Notes under the pieces: model-generated | What the model saw: only the letters and a program-made list of their open reading frames with translations | Told to the model about the DNA's origin: nothing | The model's database searches: none | Assembly (NCBI RefSeq): GCF_964194025.1 | Contig: NC_134471.1 | Span: 17,484,001-17,548,000, forward strand | Reading direction: 5' to 3' | DNA from: Convolutriloba macropyga | Lineage: Eukaryota | DNA length: 64,000 bases | Shown here: piece after piece, positions 63,301-64,000 of the stretch | How positions within the stretch are numbered: position 1 is the stretch's first letter | Layout of the letters: every line of letters begins with the position of its first letter | Position numbers and translations under genes: made by a program

Positions 63301-64000
63301 CTACAAGCCAGACAACGAGTACATCAGACTGCAATTGGATCAACAGAACATTCAGTGGACTTTCAATCCTCCATTGGCACCACACTTCGGAGGAGTCTGG
63401 GAGAGGCTGATACAGACCGCGAAGAGGAGTCTACTAATAGTGCTGGGCAGTCGGAAACTAACGCTCTCAGTTTTCCGGACAGTTGTGGCAGAGACCGAGG
63501 CAATTTTGAACTCCGGACCATTAACTCATGTGGGCTGCAGCATCTCAGATGAGGGACCACTTACTCCGAATCACTTCCTCCTTCGTAGACCTCACATGTG
63601 TTTGAAACTTCTTGTGAACAACAACCAGCGGTTCTCCACTAAGGATTTCAAGTTGACGCAGACACTACTTGATCACTACTGGAGCAGGTTGCTGAAGGAA
63701 TATATTCTTGAGCTCAACAAGAGAACGAAGTGGCAAAGGTCAAATGATGAGCTGGATGAAGGTGACATTGTGTGGGTGCTCAAGGACTTCACACCCAGAG
63801 GCATCTGGCCTCTCGGGAAGATTGTGAAAGCACACAGAGGTTCAGACGGAATAGCCAGGAGCTTCGACATCCAGACGTCTACAGGAATGGTACAGAGACC
63901 AGCAGTAACCTTAAGTCGTGTATTCCCACAATTGTCAGGTGCGCCGGAGGGTCACTGAAACAAGTTCATTGAAACACACACACATACACACGCACACACA
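57370..64000 (+). mobile_element. BEL/Pao LTR retrotransposon, extends past the right edge
   Basis: Coding domains as listed in the next feature. The 5' boundary (TGAAA at 57370) is tentative; the putative 3' LTR begins TGAAA at 63956 after GCCGGAGGG. Confidence 0.85.
57873..63958 (+). pseudogene. BEL/Pao gag-pol polyprotein
   Basis: LPKISI..F.G.PL.W, triple Cys/His knuckle ending HHSTLH, ALLDSGS, YLPHHPV, FYMDD, FDPVGL, LHTFTDAS, IPKLEL, WTDS, NPAD, DMFGP, GGVWE and WPLGKI..G.DG; many lesions. Confidence 0.95.

Noticed and set aside
49575-63870. Many short antisense or alternate-frame ORFs within the LTR elements
   Set aside because: Shadows of gag-pol; no env-like or other independent domain seen.

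Overview
AT-rich, repeat-dense eukaryotic (invertebrate animal) scaffold with two N-gaps (43010-43594, 43735-44412). The main feature is a complete 17.1-kb Polinton/Maverick (11385-28474) with AGTAGT...ACTACT ends, TIRs and an ATTGTT 6-bp TSD. It carries decayed genes for protein-primed PolB, adenain protease, major and minor capsid proteins, core protein, integrase, packaging ATPase, a DEDD-like nuclease, a PLA2-like protein and orphans. Unusual points in this element: two GT-AG spliceosomal introns that restore the pPolB frame; N-terminal C2H2 fingers and an EndoVII/HNH insert in pPolB; an octamer (ATGCAAAT) repeat array upstream of pPolB; an antisense two-gene cassette (PC4-like ssDNA-binding protein plus an HUH-motif protein); and a stop/start-coupled structural block ending at back-to-back poly(A) signals. 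The window starts in the pPolB end of a second, unrelated Polinton. The only clear host gene is an intronless FoxQ2-type forkhead gene (35340-36569). Also present: a stand-alone SGNH hydrolase pseudogene, a full Mag-like Gypsy element nested in a CR1/L2-type LINE, a BEL/Pao element running off the right end, and several Helentron/HINE-like, CACTA-like and MITE non-autonomous elements. All family assignments come from motif recognition by eye; no database search was run.
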